The position numbers and the translations under genes were made by a program. The notes under the pieces are model-generated. The model did not search any database, was not told where the DNA came from, and saw only the letters and a program-made list of their open reading frames with translations. Shown in pieces: positions 1 to 8,122 of a stretch of DNA of 64,000 nt (positions are counted from its first letter, which is position 1; each line of letters begins with the position of its first letter). Source of the stretch: an uncultured Thermococci archaeon (lineage in GTDB: Archaea > Methanobacteriota_B > Thermococci > Methanofastidiosales > B48-G16); assembly GCA_964595645.1 (NCBI GenBank), contig CAZQQT010000001.1:32001-96000 (forward strand), written 5' to 3'.

Positions 1-74
1 AAGAGTATTCCTATCCACCAAAAGCAATGATCGAGGATGCCATTAAGAGATGTTCATGATAAGGTATAAGTATC

Positions 75-650
75 GTGAAGAGAAGAGAGAGTATGCTTAC
101 GCAGGAAGAGGGTGAAGAGTTAGTAACACTCGCGAGAAAAAATATTGAACACTATCTACAAACAGGAAATAAAATTGATCTGGACGATGTCAAAGAAAAG
201 TATCAGGAGAAAAGAGGCGTATTTGTCACTCTAAAAAAGGATAACGAGTTGCGAGGATGTATCGGCTACTCACGACCTATCATGCCCCTTATTGATGCAC
301 TTCGCGATGCATCTATCAGTGCGGCCACCCGCGATCCTCGGTTTCCATCGGTGAGTAAGCAGGAGATGAAGGAAATCACTGTGGAGGTCACTGTCCTCAC
401 ACCGCCGGAACAGATACAGGCGGAACCGCAGAAATATCCTGAGATAATCGAGATAGGGAGGGACGGATTGATTGTGGAGAAAGGCGGCCGTTCTGGCCTG
501 TTACTTCCACAGGTCCCTGAGGAGTGGGGATGGGACGAAGAGGAGTTCCTCTCACAAACCTGTCGAAAGGCGGGTCTCCCTATGGATGTGTGGACCGATA
601 AGGACACAAAGATCTACAAGTTTCAGGGACAGATATTCAAAGAAGAGTGA
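75..650 (+). CDS. AMMECR1-domain protein (TIGR00296/AmmeMemoRadiSam protein A family)
   Basis: Motifs GVFVTL, LRGCIG, DPRF, GRDGLI, GLLLPQV, KAGL. Confidence 0.93.
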   Translation: MKRRESMLTQEEGEELVTLARKNIEHYLQTGNKIDLDDVKEKYQEKRGVFVTLKKDNELRGCIGYSRPIMPLIDALRDASISAATRDPRFPSVSKQEMKEITVEVTVLTPPEQIQAEPQKYPEIIEIGRDGLIVEKGGRSGLLLPQVPEEWGWDEEEFLSQTCRKAGLPMDVWTDKDTKIYKFQGQIFKEE

Positions 651-652
651 GG

Positions 653-1132
653 TCACATCTTTACCCGTGTTACCTCGATATAGGTGATATCGTTCTCCAT
701 ATCCACAAATGCCAATACCATCTTTTTATTCACGGTATGGGCCATCCTCACCGTTCTCACAAACTCATGGCTCTCTACACGTTCTTTTTCATCCACTGCG
801 TGAATAAGATACTCCGCGTGATCTTCTACACTTCCCCTATACGCCCTGAAATGTGCACCATACTTGAACCCTGCCTTCACAATGAGTCCCCGTTCACGGA
901 GATCTTTGTACACGAGAAATTTTATATCGAAGGATCGTTCTTCTCTGGCAGCGGCGAGGATATCTTTCTTGTCTTCTAACTCCAGCGTCCCTCGATCCAC
1001 GAGATACGCCGCTTCAATAAGATCGAGATAGAGCTTTCCATTCTCTACAGTACCGTAGGATTTGTTTGTCAGCTTGCTGATAGCTCGTGTGTTTTCCACT
1101 ACTACCCTAGTATCCAGTAATTTCCCGATCAC
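653..1132 (-). CDS. endA: tRNA-intron (splicing) endonuclease, short alpha4-type subunit
   Basis: LDLIEAAYL, VYKDLRERG, GFKYGAHFRAY, HAEY, KKMV (Tyr/His/Lys catalytic pattern). Start moved to GTG at 1132 because the ORF-track extension overlaps the tRNA. Confidence 0.93.
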   Translation of the reverse strand: MIGKLLDTRVVVENTRAISKLTNKSYGTVENGKLYLDLIEAAYLVDRGTLELEDKKDILAAAREERSFDIKFLVYKDLRERGLIVKAGFKYGAHFRAYRGSVEDHAEYLIHAVDEKERVESHEFVRTVRMAHTVNKKMVLAFVDMENDITYIEVTRVKM

Positions 1133-1157
1133 AGTGATTCCCTCAAAAAATGAAAAG

Positions 1158-1320
1158 TGGGGACGGCGGGATTTGAACCCGAATCCATGGGTTTCTCCGC
1201 TCCAGAAACTCGTCATCCGATATGTCAGCAAACCCGTGGTCAGCCTCACAGAGGAGACTCGGTATTTTTCTATACTCTATCTCTGGAGCCCATGATGATC
1301 CCTGGTTACACCACGTCCCC
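1158..1320 (-). tRNA. tRNA-Trp(CCA) with 90-nt intron at 37/38 (intron 1193-1282)
   Basis: Acceptor GGGGACG/CGTCCCC-A, anticodon stem ATGGG/CCCAT, anticodon CCA at 1286-1284, T-loop GGTTCAAATCC, bulge-helix-bulge with helix CUCC:GGAG. Confidence 0.96.
1193..1282 (-). ncRNA. tRNA-Trp intron-encoded box C/D-type guide RNA
   Basis: Contains GGGTTTG-CTGA (guide plus D/D' box, N+5 target C39), C-like ATGACGA, and TCTGGAGC complementary to the anticodon loop. Matches the known euryarchaeal Trp-intron guide arrangement. Confidence 0.8.
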
Positions 1321-1349
1321 GTGGTCGTATGTACTTTTCCTTTTATCGT

Positions 1350-1366
1350 TCATATAAAAGGTTTAC
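1350..1366 (-). promoter_or_regulatory. BRE/TATA promoter of tRNA-Trp (and probably endA)
   Basis: Minus strand AAACCTTTTATATG about 30 nt upstream of the mature tRNA 5' end. Confidence 0.6.
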
Positions 1367-1371
1367 TCTCT

Positions 1372-2457
1372 TTATATAGGGATATCCCCCTTTTTAAATA
1401 CAAGGACTGTAGCCCCAAGAACTACTACTGCCAGGACACACAGTGCGGCGAACTCACCGAGATTGAGAACATTATCGTACAGCGCCGCATTGTAATCCCA
1501 GTACTCTACAATACTGAGATCAGCGAGTATTGAGAACTTCTCGGAGAGGTTCCCGATCACGGAGAGCATGTACTCAACGAAGACAAAGGCAAAGGTGCCC
1601 CCCATTGCTGTCCGTGCATTTCTAAAATAGACCGCGGCGAGCATTCCCACTGCAATGATCACCATGAACAGAGGGAGAGAGCCGATAAAGGCCAGGATCG
1701 TTGGACCGCTGGCGAGCGTATCGGAGATATTCAGCGAGTCCACCGATCCGACAACCGCACCTGCGGCAAGAAGAAGAAGGACAGCAGTGTACCCGCTGAG
1801 AGCGAGGAACTTCTCGATGAGATACTCTTCTCTAGAAAGGGGCGTGGAGAATATCAGGTCCATTCGTTTCTTCTCGAAATCCCCGGAAATGGTATTCACC
1901 GCGATATATGCCAGGAAGAGACCAATCAGTAGAACCCACCAGCTGAAGATTTCCATTGAGATGAATCCCTCTATTTCATAGATAGATACTGCTTTTCCCT
2001 TAGTCATTCCTTTATAAAAGGGACTTTCCAGCAGTTCGTCAAAGGGATTTGTTTTCTTCTCCGTGGATACCATGGCGACGAGTATCGGCTCCGTCGGGTC
2101 ATCGGTAACGGCAAGCACCGCGTAGTGCCTGTTTCCCTCGAAATCCTTTGGAAAGGATGTCTCGGTTCCTGCACCAGTGTAGATCACCGTCCCGCCGATC
2201 ATAGAGACGCTCTCACTTTCCATGACAATATACTGAGTCGTTCCCTCTACCGGTTCCCACGAGAGCGTTATCGTTCCACCCATCTCCTCGGGAACGGTAA
2301 TCTCGATATTCTCGGAGCCTTCCAGTTCTTCAGCTGTCTCCGCAAAGGTGGGAAATATTTTGGGCATGGCACCTACGAATAGGAGAACGACGAGAAGAAA
2401 GATGAGGAGACCCTTCCATCCGCTGACAAACTCCATGAGAAATGTTCTCCCCCTCAT
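1372..2457 (-). CDS. ABC-2 type transporter permease with inserted extracellular FnIII-like domain
   Basis: Multiple TM segments, motif ISGDFEKKRMDLIFSTPLSR, overlaps ABC ATPase by 4 nt. Confidence 0.85.
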   Translation of the reverse strand: MRGRTFLMEFVSGWKGLLIFLLVVLLFVGAMPKIFPTFAETAEELEGSENIEITVPEEMGGTITLSWEPVEGTTQYIVMESESVSMIGGTVIYTGAGTETSFPKDFEGNRHYAVLAVTDDPTEPILVAMVSTEKKTNPFDELLESPFYKGMTKGKAVSIYEIEGFISMEIFSWWVLLIGLFLAYIAVNTISGDFEKKRMDLIFSTPLSREEYLIEKFLALSGYTAVLLLLAAGAVVGSVDSLNISDTLASGPTILAFIGSLPLFMVIIAVGMLAAVYFRNARTAMGGTFAFVFVEYMLSVIGNLSEKFSILADLSIVEYWDYNAALYDNVLNLGEFAALCVLAVVVLGATVLVFKKGDIPI

Positions 2458-3353
2458 TGGTCATCACCCCCCGTATAGTACTTCAGAAAGAGCTGTTCGA
2501 GAGGAAATGTTCTGAGCGTCATATTGACAATCTTGTGGGTGGATATCTTCTTTATCATCTCATCTAGATTCTCGGTAACGATACAGGAGAGCGTCATCCC
2601 ATCCATCGTGATATGGTTCACCCCTTTCAGCTCGAACTCGTGAGGATCCACCTCATTCCTGAACTCAACGGTGAGGCTCTTCCCCAGCTTCTCTTGAAGG
2701 GCAGCGATCTCTTCAATTACCTGGAGTTGTCCCTCCTTGATGATCGCCACACGATCGCAGACCTCCTCTACTTCGGCGAGGATATGCGATGACATGAAGA
2801 TCGTTTTTCCCCGTTCCTTCTCCTCCCGAAGTATCCGGTAGACCTCCTGCTGCATCAGAGGATCGAGACCTGCGGTAGGCTCATCGAGAATAATGATGTC
2901 CTGATCCGCCATGAATGCCTGGACAATACCCACCTTCTGGCGGTTTCCCTTCGAGAGATCGCCCGTCTTTTTCGTGAGATCGAGTTCCAGCCGTTCGGCA
3001 AGTTCCTTCATCCTCTCATCCGATTTCACACCGCTCAGTGAGAGCAAATAACGCAAAACGGTCCTCGTCTTCAGACCGGAAAAGAGCCCAAAATCACCGG
3101 GTAAGTACCCAACTCTCCTCCGTATTCTCGTTGAGTCTTCATGTGAGTCCATGCCAAATATTGTGATCTCTCCCTCCGTTTTTGAGAGGAGACCGAGACA
3201 CGTTCTGATCGTTGTCGTCTTCCCCGCACCGTTGGGGCCGAGGTATCCCATGATCTCTCCTTTGTACACGTCGAGATCCAGATCCTGAATCCCCACCTGC
3301 TTCCCATACATCTTGGTGAGTGATCGTATTTTCATTACTCGTTCTCTTTCCAT
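2454..3353 (-). CDS. ABC-2 transporter ATP-binding protein
   Basis: Walker A GPNGAGKTT, signature LSKGNRQ, Walker B IILDEPT, SSH switch. Confidence 0.96.
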   Translation of the reverse strand: MERERVMKIRSLTKMYGKQVGIQDLDLDVYKGEIMGYLGPNGAGKTTTIRTCLGLLSKTEGEITIFGMDSHEDSTRIRRRVGYLPGDFGLFSGLKTRTVLRYLLSLSGVKSDERMKELAERLELDLTKKTGDLSKGNRQKVGIVQAFMADQDIIILDEPTAGLDPLMQQEVYRILREEKERGKTIFMSSHILAEVEEVCDRVAIIKEGQLQVIEEIAALQEKLGKSLTVEFRNEVDPHEFELKGVNHITMDGMTLSCIVTENLDEMIKKISTHKIVNMTLRTFPLEQLFLKYYTGGDDQ

Positions 3354-4030
3354 GATATCTCTCCAGTCTTTTCTTGATATTTAGATAGTGTTTCTTCAAA
3401 ATTCTCTATTCCCTCTGCATAAAGAGATTTAATACTCCCTTTCTCTGCACCGAGAACACGTTCCATGAGATCGATGGCTGCGACATACTGCTTCTTCAGC
3501 TTTTCTATATCCCTTAGTGGATTTTTTGGGATTTCAATAGTAGTATTACTCGAAAAGATGAACTTCGCTGCCATTTCTGGGTATTCAGTATCGAACACTC
3601 CTTCCTCTACTCCTTGTTTTATAATTTTCGTGAATAGAGGGAGAATCTTTTCCTGCGTCTTCTTCCTGAGCTTATGGTAGAGCAGTATATTTTTCTCTCC
3701 CCGAAAGACCCAGATCATGTACTCTCTTCCCCCTTCGATATGATTGGAGAGACGTATTAAGCGAGCGAATTTCTCTCTAGCTGTGAGATGAGAGTCCTCC
3801 ACGAATTTTTTTGCTTCCTTTTCATATGTCACGAGCATTCTGTTGACGATTTCTTCAATGATATCTTTTTTGGATTCGAAGTAGTAGTAGAACAGTCCTT
3901 TAGCTACACCAATATTTTCTACGATATCCATTACAGAAGTATTTTCATACCCTTTTTCCATAAAGAGTTTCTCTGCCGTATCCACTATTTCCTTTTTCCG
4001 TTCTTTGGGGCGTTTTACTGTTCTCGACAT
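3335..4030 (-). CDS. TetR/AcrR family transcriptional regulator
   Basis: HTH LFMEKGYENTSVMDIVENIGVAKGLFYYYFESK. Start at ATG 4030 after an AGGTGA RBS. Confidence 0.93.
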   Translation of the reverse strand: MSRTVKRPKERKKEIVDTAEKLFMEKGYENTSVMDIVENIGVAKGLFYYYFESKKDIIEEIVNRMLVTYEKEAKKFVEDSHLTAREKFARLIRLSNHIEGGREYMIWVFRGEKNILLYHKLRKKTQEKILPLFTKIIKQGVEEGVFDTEYPEMAAKFIFSSNTTIEIPKNPLRDIEKLKKQYVAAIDLMERVLGAEKGSIKSLYAEGIENFEETLSKYQEKTGEISWKENE

Positions 4031-4038
4031 CCGGTCAC

Positions 4039-4059
4039 CTACTGACTGACAGTCAATAG
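4039..4059. promoter_or_regulatory. Probable TetR operator palindrome
   Basis: CTAcTGACTG-A-CAGTCAaTAG between the TATA box (about 4074-4082) and the tetR RBS. Confidence 0.7.
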
Positions 4060-4219
4060 TATGATCGGATCCTTTATAAAAGTTTTGCAAAGCTTAATGA
4101 TATCGACATTCAACCATTATCTATGTATAAACTATACTTATTTTTTCGAAAATTAACATTTAGTGTTCGAACAAACAAAGAGATTGTATCCTCACGAGTA
4201 AAAAGGAGAAATAAAAATA

Positions 4220-4759
4220 TTATTGTTTCTTTGAAAATCCGTGGGTGCCGATGATGTCGCCAATTGAGTGGTACTCGCCATTCACGTAGCAGACGAGATC
4301 AGCCTTGTTATAGTCCACCTTTCCATTCTCGACAAGTGCTTCATCGACATTCACAGCAACTATCCTCCCAATCACAAGATCGTGGGTGCCAAGAGAAACC
4401 ATTTTTTCGAGTGTGCATTCGATATTCACCGGACACTCCTCTATTAGGGGCGCTGATAGTTTTTTTGCCTTTTCTTTGGTGAGTCCCGTTTCAGCAAACT
4501 TGTTCACATCCCGTCCGGAGATTGTACCACAGTAGTCAACCTCTTCCAGTATCTCCTTCGTGGGAATGTTCACTACGAACTCGCCGGATTTTTTAATGAG
4601 TTCGTGAGAATGGCGTGTTGGTCGTATCGCCGCCGAAACCATAGGTGGATCGTGGCATGCAGTACCTATCCACGCAATGGTAATAATGTTGTCCTCTGCT
4701 GTTATCAGCACCACAGGTATTGGGTAGAGTGCCGTCGATGGATTCCTTTCTAGTTTCAT
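4220..4759 (-). CDS. Flavin reductase family protein (flavoredoxin-like)
   Basis: LYPIPVVLIT, GEFVVNIP, CGTISGRDVNKF, APLIEECP, GTHDLVIG. Confidence 0.92.
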   Translation of the reverse strand: MKLERNPSTALYPIPVVLITAEDNIITIAWIGTACHDPPMVSAAIRPTRHSHELIKKSGEFVVNIPTKEILEEVDYCGTISGRDVNKFAETGLTKEKAKKLSAPLIEECPVNIECTLEKMVSLGTHDLVIGRIVAVNVDEALVENGKVDYNKADLVCYVNGEYHSIGDIIGTHGFSKKQ

Positions 4760-4781
4760 ACTGCATATTCCTGTTCAACCT

Positions 4782-4991
4782 TTATAAAGATTTTTCATTC
4801 TCTCCATAAAGAAATATATCCTCAATTTTTACGTCGAAGAATCGTGCCATTTTAAATGCAAGCGGAAGGGAAGGGTCGTATTTCTCACGTTCTATCGAGT
4901 GTATCGTCTGTCGTGTCACGCCGAGCTGATCGGCAAGTTCTTTTTGTGTGAGATCGTGCATCGCTCTATAGACTTTGAGTTTGTTCTTCAT
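4782..4991 (-). CDS. Xre/Cro-C1 HTH transcriptional regulator
   Basis: MKNKLKVYR..LTQKELADQLGVTRQTIHSIEREKYDPSL. Confidence 0.93.
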   Translation of the reverse strand: MKNKLKVYRAMHDLTQKELADQLGVTRQTIHSIEREKYDPSLPLAFKMARFFDVKIEDIFLYGENEKSL

Positions 4992-4992
4992 C

Positions 4993-5379
4993 TCATGCAC
5001 CATACTGACGGCTATAATACCAGTAAAAGATCATATACACTACAAACAACCCCGTTGCAAAATACGCCAGCATAAATCCAATCTGTTCTCTTTCTATGTA
5101 TCCACTTCTACTCAGTCCAATTGTGAGAAGTCCCAGTGCCGCTGTGGAGATACCGACGAGCTGTACCGTCCGTTGTGATGCCTGTTCACTTATTCTGTAG
5201 TTTCTTTCGTCTTCTACGACTTCATTAACTCTCATTTTGCATAGATAAAGGAGTAATATTCCTCCTAACACTGCTATCAATGGGGCTACTAGATTTCCTC
5301 GTGCAATAGAGAACCCAACTACAGCTCCAACTGTCAATCCGATTCCTATCACGTATTTTCTATATTTTTTTCTCTCCAT
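4993..5379 (-). CDS. DUF2178-like membrane protein
   Basis: 4 TM segments, VVEDER motif, typical pairing with an Xre HTH gene. Confidence 0.8.
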   Translation of the reverse strand: MERKKYRKYVIGIGLTVGAVVGFSIARGNLVAPLIAVLGGILLLYLCKMRVNEVVEDERNYRISEQASQRTVQLVGISTAALGLLTIGLSRSGYIEREQIGFMLAYFATGLFVVYMIFYWYYSRQYGA

Positions 5380-5392
5380 CTACCTCACCTCA

Positions 5393-5578
5393 TCATTCCT
5401 CCTCCCTAGTCTTCAGGAGGATAAATCCAACGAACACTCCCACGCCTCCAGTCGTTAAAAGTATCGTAGAAAGAAAAGTTGAAGGATACAGCTTTTTCAC
5501 TGTCCCTCCCGCAAGAAGAAGCGGAATACAAATCACCCATATCCAAAACGTTGCTTTTCTCCATTTGTTCCTGAACAT
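5393..5578 (-). CDS. Small two-TM membrane protein
   Basis: 61 aa, two hydrophobic helices, AGGTGAG RBS, first gene of operon. Confidence 0.65.
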   Translation of the reverse strand: MFRNKWRKATFWIWVICIPLLLAGGTVKKLYPSTFLSTILLTTGGVGVFVGFILLKTREEE

Positions 5579-5610
5579 CTATCTCACCTGTAAAATCTAG
5601 TTTCCTTAAT

Positions 5611-5626
5611 GTAAAGTGTACTTTAC
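5611..5626. promoter_or_regulatory. Probable Xre operator palindrome
   Basis: GTAAAGT-GT-ACTTTAC just downstream of the TATA (about 5634-5641, minus strand). Degenerate second copy at 5590-5605. Confidence 0.7.
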
Positions 5627-5677
5627 TTAATGCTTTATAAACTTTACGGTCAGAAGCATCTCACGAGAATAAGATTA

Positions 5678-6457
5678 TTATTTTTTCTTACATTTCAAGA
5701 CATAGTGGCGGGGGTATGTGAGATATCCGTCCTCCCCCACCTTCCAAGAGATTCGATCAACTTCATCACGCAACGCTTCTTTCAATTCCTTACTCCACTC
5801 GAGTTCCTCGATATCCTCACTCATTATTCTCTCCCACTCATCCATTGTCTCCCCATACTTCTCGATTTTTCTTTCGGAAAATACTCTCTCATCGTATACA
5901 TTAAACCCAAGAAGTTCAACTGTCGTTTTCACCTCTTCAAGCAACGGTTCCGTGGACCACGTCTCTCCCTTCAGTCTATACACCGCCTTGGCGAAGTTCC
6001 ACCGTCTCCACTGCCCCTCATTTTCCGGCGTTCTCTTCACCGGTGTCTCCGAGGTAATAATGAGCTGACCTCTCTGTTTTAACACCCTCTTAAATTCTTT
6101 CAGCGCTGACAGGAGTTTTAATGGCCGTGGATTAAGGAAAATTATCGTATCATGACAGTTGATGATATTGATGGATTCGTTCTCAAGAAAATCTAGGTTG
6201 AAGATATCCGCCTTTTGTAGCTCAACATATTGTGCATACGCTCCGAGATTCTTCCGTACCTCCTCCTTCCACTCTTCTTCGTTTTCGCCGGGAATATCAA
6301 AGGTGTCCACGGAAATTATTTCCGATGTGCCTCCCCCCTCATGGACCCTCTCTGCCCAGATAGAGAGACTTTTCCCCGCTCCTGTCGCAGCGTCAAGAAT
6401 ATGTTTGTGCTGTAAATCCAGATCACTCAAAATGAACTCATGAATTTTATCCATCAC
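5678..6457 (-). CDS. Class I SAM-dependent methyltransferase
   Basis: ILDAATGAG motif I, RVLKQRGQLII. Confidence 0.85.
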   Translation of the reverse strand: MMDKIHEFILSDLDLQHKHILDAATGAGKSLSIWAERVHEGGGTSEIISVDTFDIPGENEEEWKEEVRKNLGAYAQYVELQKADIFNLDFLENESINIINCHDTIIFLNPRPLKLLSALKEFKRVLKQRGQLIITSETPVKRTPENEGQWRRWNFAKAVYRLKGETWSTEPLLEEVKTTVELLGFNVYDERVFSERKIEKYGETMDEWERIMSEDIEELEWSKELKEALRDEVDRISWKVGEDGYLTYPRHYVLKCKKK

Positions 6458-6464
6458 ATCACCT

Positions 6465-7160
6465 TTATTGAAGTAGTTTCGTTAGTTGGTAGAGTGATTG
6501 GATCTCAAAATCCGGCTCTATGTCTCCTTTTTTCGGTGCGTTGCGTGCGTTGAACCAACATGCCCTCATTCCTGCTTTTTTTGCACCGTACACATCGGCA
6601 TGATACGAATCACCAATGTACAGTGATTCTTCAGATCCCGCATCGAAGGATTCCAGCGCCTTCCAGAAAATGTGCGGATCCGGCTTTCTGATACCGAGTT
6701 CCTCTGAAAGTACAATCCTCTGAAAGGTCTTCGTGAGTCCCAAAGCGTTCAATTTCCGATACTGTACTTCCTTGGAACCGTTGGAGATAACTCCCATAGA
6801 GTATCGTGGACGAAGGGACGTCACTACCGAGGTGGCATGTTCGATAGGCGTATTCAACGTGGGATACACTCGATAAAACATCTCAGTCATCTCTTCGGCA
6901 AACGCATCATCGAGCTCAAGAGCTCGAAGAATTCTCCGCTGTCTCTCAAGGCGGATGACATCCAGAGGTTTCCCTTCGTGGAACTCTTTCAGTGCTATCT
7001 TATCAGCCTCAAGAAACGCACTAATAAGCCCTTCTTCACTGATATCGCAAAAAATATTTGTATATCTCTTTGCAATTTGTTTGAGCGCCTCTTTGTGAGC
7101 TCTATCCATATCGAAAAGAGTGTTATCGATATCAAAGAATACAACTTTTATTGATGACAT
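6465..7160 (-). CDS. HAD-superfamily hydrolase (YjjG-like nucleotidase)
   Basis: FFDIDNTL, ISNG, KPDP, IGDSYHADV. Confidence 0.92.
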   Translation of the reverse strand: MSSIKVVFFDIDNTLFDMDRAHKEALKQIAKRYTNIFCDISEEGLISAFLEADKIALKEFHEGKPLDVIRLERQRRILRALELDDAFAEEMTEMFYRVYPTLNTPIEHATSVVTSLRPRYSMGVISNGSKEVQYRKLNALGLTKTFQRIVLSEELGIRKPDPHIFWKALESFDAGSEESLYIGDSYHADVYGAKKAGMRACWFNARNAPKKGDIEPDFEIQSLYQLTKLLQ

Positions 7161-7294
7161 GGTGATTCTCCGTCATGAGTCTTAATAAGGATTATGGGAA
7201 TATTGAGGAGTTTCATCCTGGCATATTATCTTCCGAATATAAAATTTCATAACGATATTATCTATCTCGTTAACTCGGAGCATTAATTCGTTTC

Positions 7295-8110
7295 TTACTC
7301 TCCATTCAGAATGGCAATCGCTGCACCGATAGCAGTAGCATACTCACCTTTCTCGGGAATGATAAACTTTCTGCCGAAAAGAGGTTCGATGGATTTTAAT
7401 GATTCCTGCACTTCCTTCAACGCCATGACCTTTCCGGTGAGAATGATATTATCCAGTTCACATGCTCGCGCAGCGAATATTGCAAGTACACCGAGACTCT
7501 GGGACACCATGTTAATGAGCCCCTTGGCGATATCCTCTTTTTCCACGGTATCATCGATCTTTCCAAAGTTCGAGGCAGTTGCCTCGCTCGGTATTACTCC
7601 AACGTCTCCTCCTGCGATATCACCCACAGTGAGATCCACCTTTCCCAGATTCCCCTTCTTCGCGAGGGCGTTCAGCGTGGAGATATCGTTGATGTTGAGG
7701 AGCATTCGAGCGAGACCTTGGAGAGTGCCACCCCCAATACCACTCCCACCGAAATGTTTGATCTCATCTTTGACACAGACGACGGCTGTCCCTGTGCCCA
7801 TACTCACCACTACACCCTGTCGCTTATTGGCGAGGGTGATTCCGCCCTTTCCAATTGCTGTGATCTCGTCGATCTTTTTTACGGGGATGCCCAGTAGATT
7901 CTCATCGAGAAATCGGGCTCCTCCGCCCGTAGCGGCAAGTATACGTACATCGTTGAGTGTTTTATTGAGAGAAGTAACTACCTTCCCAAGGGCACCCGCT
8001 GCAGCGGCTAGCGGGTCATTGGCAGTCACGCTCACGATCTTCATGAGGGTGCGGTCCTTTATCGCTACCGCGTCCGTTGTTGTACCCCCTATATCGATTC
8101 CTACAATCAT
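7295..8110 (-). CDS. coaW: Type II pantothenate kinase (CoaW/fumble family)
   Basis: GIDIGGT, TGGGA, DEITA, SMGTGT, GGSGIGGGT, VDLTVGDI, ASNFGK. Confidence 0.88.
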   Translation of the reverse strand: MIVGIDIGGTTTDAVAIKDRTLMKIVSVTANDPLAAAAGALGKVVTSLNKTLNDVRILAATGGGARFLDENLLGIPVKKIDEITAIGKGGITLANKRQGVVVSMGTGTAVVCVKDEIKHFGGSGIGGGTLQGLARMLLNINDISTLNALAKKGNLGKVDLTVGDIAGGDVGVIPSEATASNFGKIDDTVEKEDIAKGLINMVSQSLGVLAIFAARACELDNIILTGKVMALKEVQESLKSIEPLFGRKFIIPEKGEYATAIGAAIAILNGE

Positions 8111-8122
8111 TCCTTTCGCCTC

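Noticed and set aside
1133-1249. N-terminal extension of endA in the ORF track, and ORFs 1062-1533 on the plus strand
   Set aside because: They overlap the tRNA-Trp gene. EndA homology begins at GTG 1132.
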